Shown: positions 62,201 to 64,000 of the stretch, piece after piece | How positions within the stretch are numbered: the first letter of the stretch is position 1 | How the letters are laid out: each line of letters opens with the position of its first letter | Assembly (NCBI GenBank): GCA_001643675.2 | Contig: LSRY02000002.1 | Span: 1,302,001 to 1,366,000, forward strand | Origin: Monocercomonoides exilis PA203 | Lineage: Eukaryota; Protista; Preaxostyla | DNA: 64,000 nt | Direction of reading: 5' to 3' | Notes under the pieces: generated by a model | Database searches by the model: none | What the model saw: the letters and a program-made list of their open reading frames with translations, nothing else | What the model was told of the DNA's origin: nothing | Translations under genes and position numbers: made by a program

Positions 62201-64000
62201 AACAACAAATGTGACAATTCCGTTGTGCATCATCCAATTTCACGCACTCATTCATCGTTGCTGGCGCCTCTGCCATCTCCTTCAATTTCGCCTTCCACAC
62301 CACTTCTTCCTTCTCTTTCTAAGTCTCTGGCTGTTCCCCCAATCCCTCCTCCTCCTCTTGTTGACACAACCTCTTATCATTTTCCTTCTCCATCTTCTTG
62401 TTCACCTTCACCTTCGCATTCTCCATATGCGTCATCAACAGAACAACTAAGTAATAAAACTTCTTCATCAAATTCATTCATTTTCTCGCGTGTAAACACT
62501 TCTCCTCAGCTATCATTATTGGAAAGAAATGAGCCATTAGCTCATCAACATCCTATTGCTGCATCAGAAGACATGACTTCACAAAGAAATACATCATGCG
62601 AACAGTTCCCTGAATCTTTGACTTCCCATTCTCCTCTGGTATCATCATTAGCTCACAACTCTAATGTATCAAGTCCTGTTAGCACCCCTTCACAACTAAG
62701 TCCAGTTTTGCACAACTCTCATTCAACTTTGTCTGATTGCTCGTCTTCGAAGCATTCGTATTGTAGCTCGCAAAATGGAGATTCACCTCAATTGAATAAA
62801 GAGCATCACACGAATCTGCGGCAATATCCACAAAATTCATTGCTAAACCAGCAGTTTGATCCATTGTATTTAGTTTCGCTAAGTCACGATGGCTGCTTGA
62901 ATCAATGGGACATATCATCACACAAAGACAAGCAAAGTGACATCCAACGAACGGTGAGTCAACTGGTTGCTTCACTCACATTCAGCAATCTCCCACGCCT
63001 CAGCTGCATGTGCGCTACAAATCGTTGCTTGTCCATTGCATCTGTGGATGGAACATTACGTTTTCTGTCTCTTCCATCGCTTGCCAAAATCAATACCAAC
63101 ACGACACAGCACAGGGAAGGCATTCACAGCTTGTGTTGGATAAAGAAGAGGTTTAGCGGAATTTACAGTAACGTTAAGATGAGCAGGAATAAAGCAAGAG
63201 ATAATGGTGATGGATGCATTGATGAAGAAGAAATGAATGTGACAGCAAACGAAATTGAACGAAGCGAAGAACGCTTTCGAAGGAAAAAGATAAAGCAAAT
63301 AATAAAACGTAGTCTGAACATTGAAAATTCATCATCAAAACATAAAAAAGCAAAACCAAAACCAAATGAATGTCAGCACTCAATTGAAGCTAAAGATCAA
63401 CTTGTTACTCAAAAACAAAATTCTGTCAAAGATTATTCATCATCACTGAAGCAATTTTCAAAACCAGAAATTGAAACGAAAGAAATAAGTAATAATTCCA
63501 CATTCATCCAACATGATGTACCTCAGAAAACGCAACCAACGAAAGATAACAACAGCTATCAATTTTTGACTTCTGAGCCTTCTCAGCCTTTTCTGATATC
63601 GTGTTCCTCCTCTTCTGATGAGAGGCAGCCATCAAAGCTGTCTGTGTGGAATGCAGAGGAAGGGAAGCTGCTTTGCTGGTTTGCGCTTTCCTCTACTGTC
63701 TGCATCTCGTCTCAATGGCTGCTTTTCATTGGAGATACTCAAGGACAGATACAAGTTATTGACTTTGGCAGATTTCTGTGTGAAATTGAAAAGATTGCAC
63801 AAATGGAACAAGAAATGATGCGTGATGCAAAAAAGGCAATTGGCAAAGAGAGCAAAGAAACAACCAAACCAGCTTCATCTTCAACTTCTCATTCTCCATC
63901 GATTTCCAAGGTTCATTTGCCTTCGAGGCATGATTTTCTTCGCCCAATAAAAGGCTCGGCAAATGTTAATCAACTGTCGCTTCCTCAATCACCTCTGACA
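56264..64000 (+). CDS. PTEN: PTEN-like lipid phosphatase + C2 domain fused to a >2,000 aa C-terminal region with dispersed WD40-like repeats (3'-truncated); exons 56264-56369, 56488-56969, 57042-57593, 57728->64000
   Basis: DLTYITKRVIAMGLPA, FPDHHPP, HCKAGKGRTG, VPSQRRYV and C2 motif LFRYAFHT. The frame from 57728 has no closed ORF in the track and reads open at spot checks up to the window end. Confidence 0.85.

Noticed and set aside
57631-63962. Small ORFs listed across the right end
   Set aside because: Off-frame or antisense shadows of the long PTEN terminal exon.
1-64000. Alternative genetic code (TAA/TAG = Gln) as an explanation for the apparent ORF-poor regions
   Set aside because: Well-defined genes end at TAG (serpin, F-box), TAA (Chibby, LC4) and TGA, and the apparent gaps are explained by frames running off the window.

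Overview
Gene-dense eukaryotic (protist) DNA. It uses the standard genetic code (genes end in TAA, TAG and TGA) and has short GT-AG introns, AT-rich spacers and very Ser-rich low-complexity proteins. The style, and the 4.1 kaa beta-helix/TM/kinase-like gene, suggest an oxymonad such as Monocercomonoides (inference from recalled family features, not a search). The ORF track misses two large genes because they run off the window. (1) On the minus strand, one stop-free frame spans 20181 to <1 (>6,700 codons); it appears to splice to two small exons encoding a degenerate FYVE-type zinc finger. (2) A PTEN phosphatase-C2 gene appears to splice into a >2,000-codon exon carrying dispersed WD40-like blades. 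Between them lie a TMEM185/60-like membrane protein, a giant intronless receptor pseudokinase, a ~3 kb spacer with a ~390 bp foldback, Chibby, a Ser-rich protein, an SF-assemblin-like protein, an OB-fold/U-box protein, an F-box/LRR protein, a serpin, a hypothetical protein and an LC4-like EF-hand dynein light chain. No rRNA, tRNA or CRISPR was seen. All gene models were built by hand from GT-AG sites and frame continuity.
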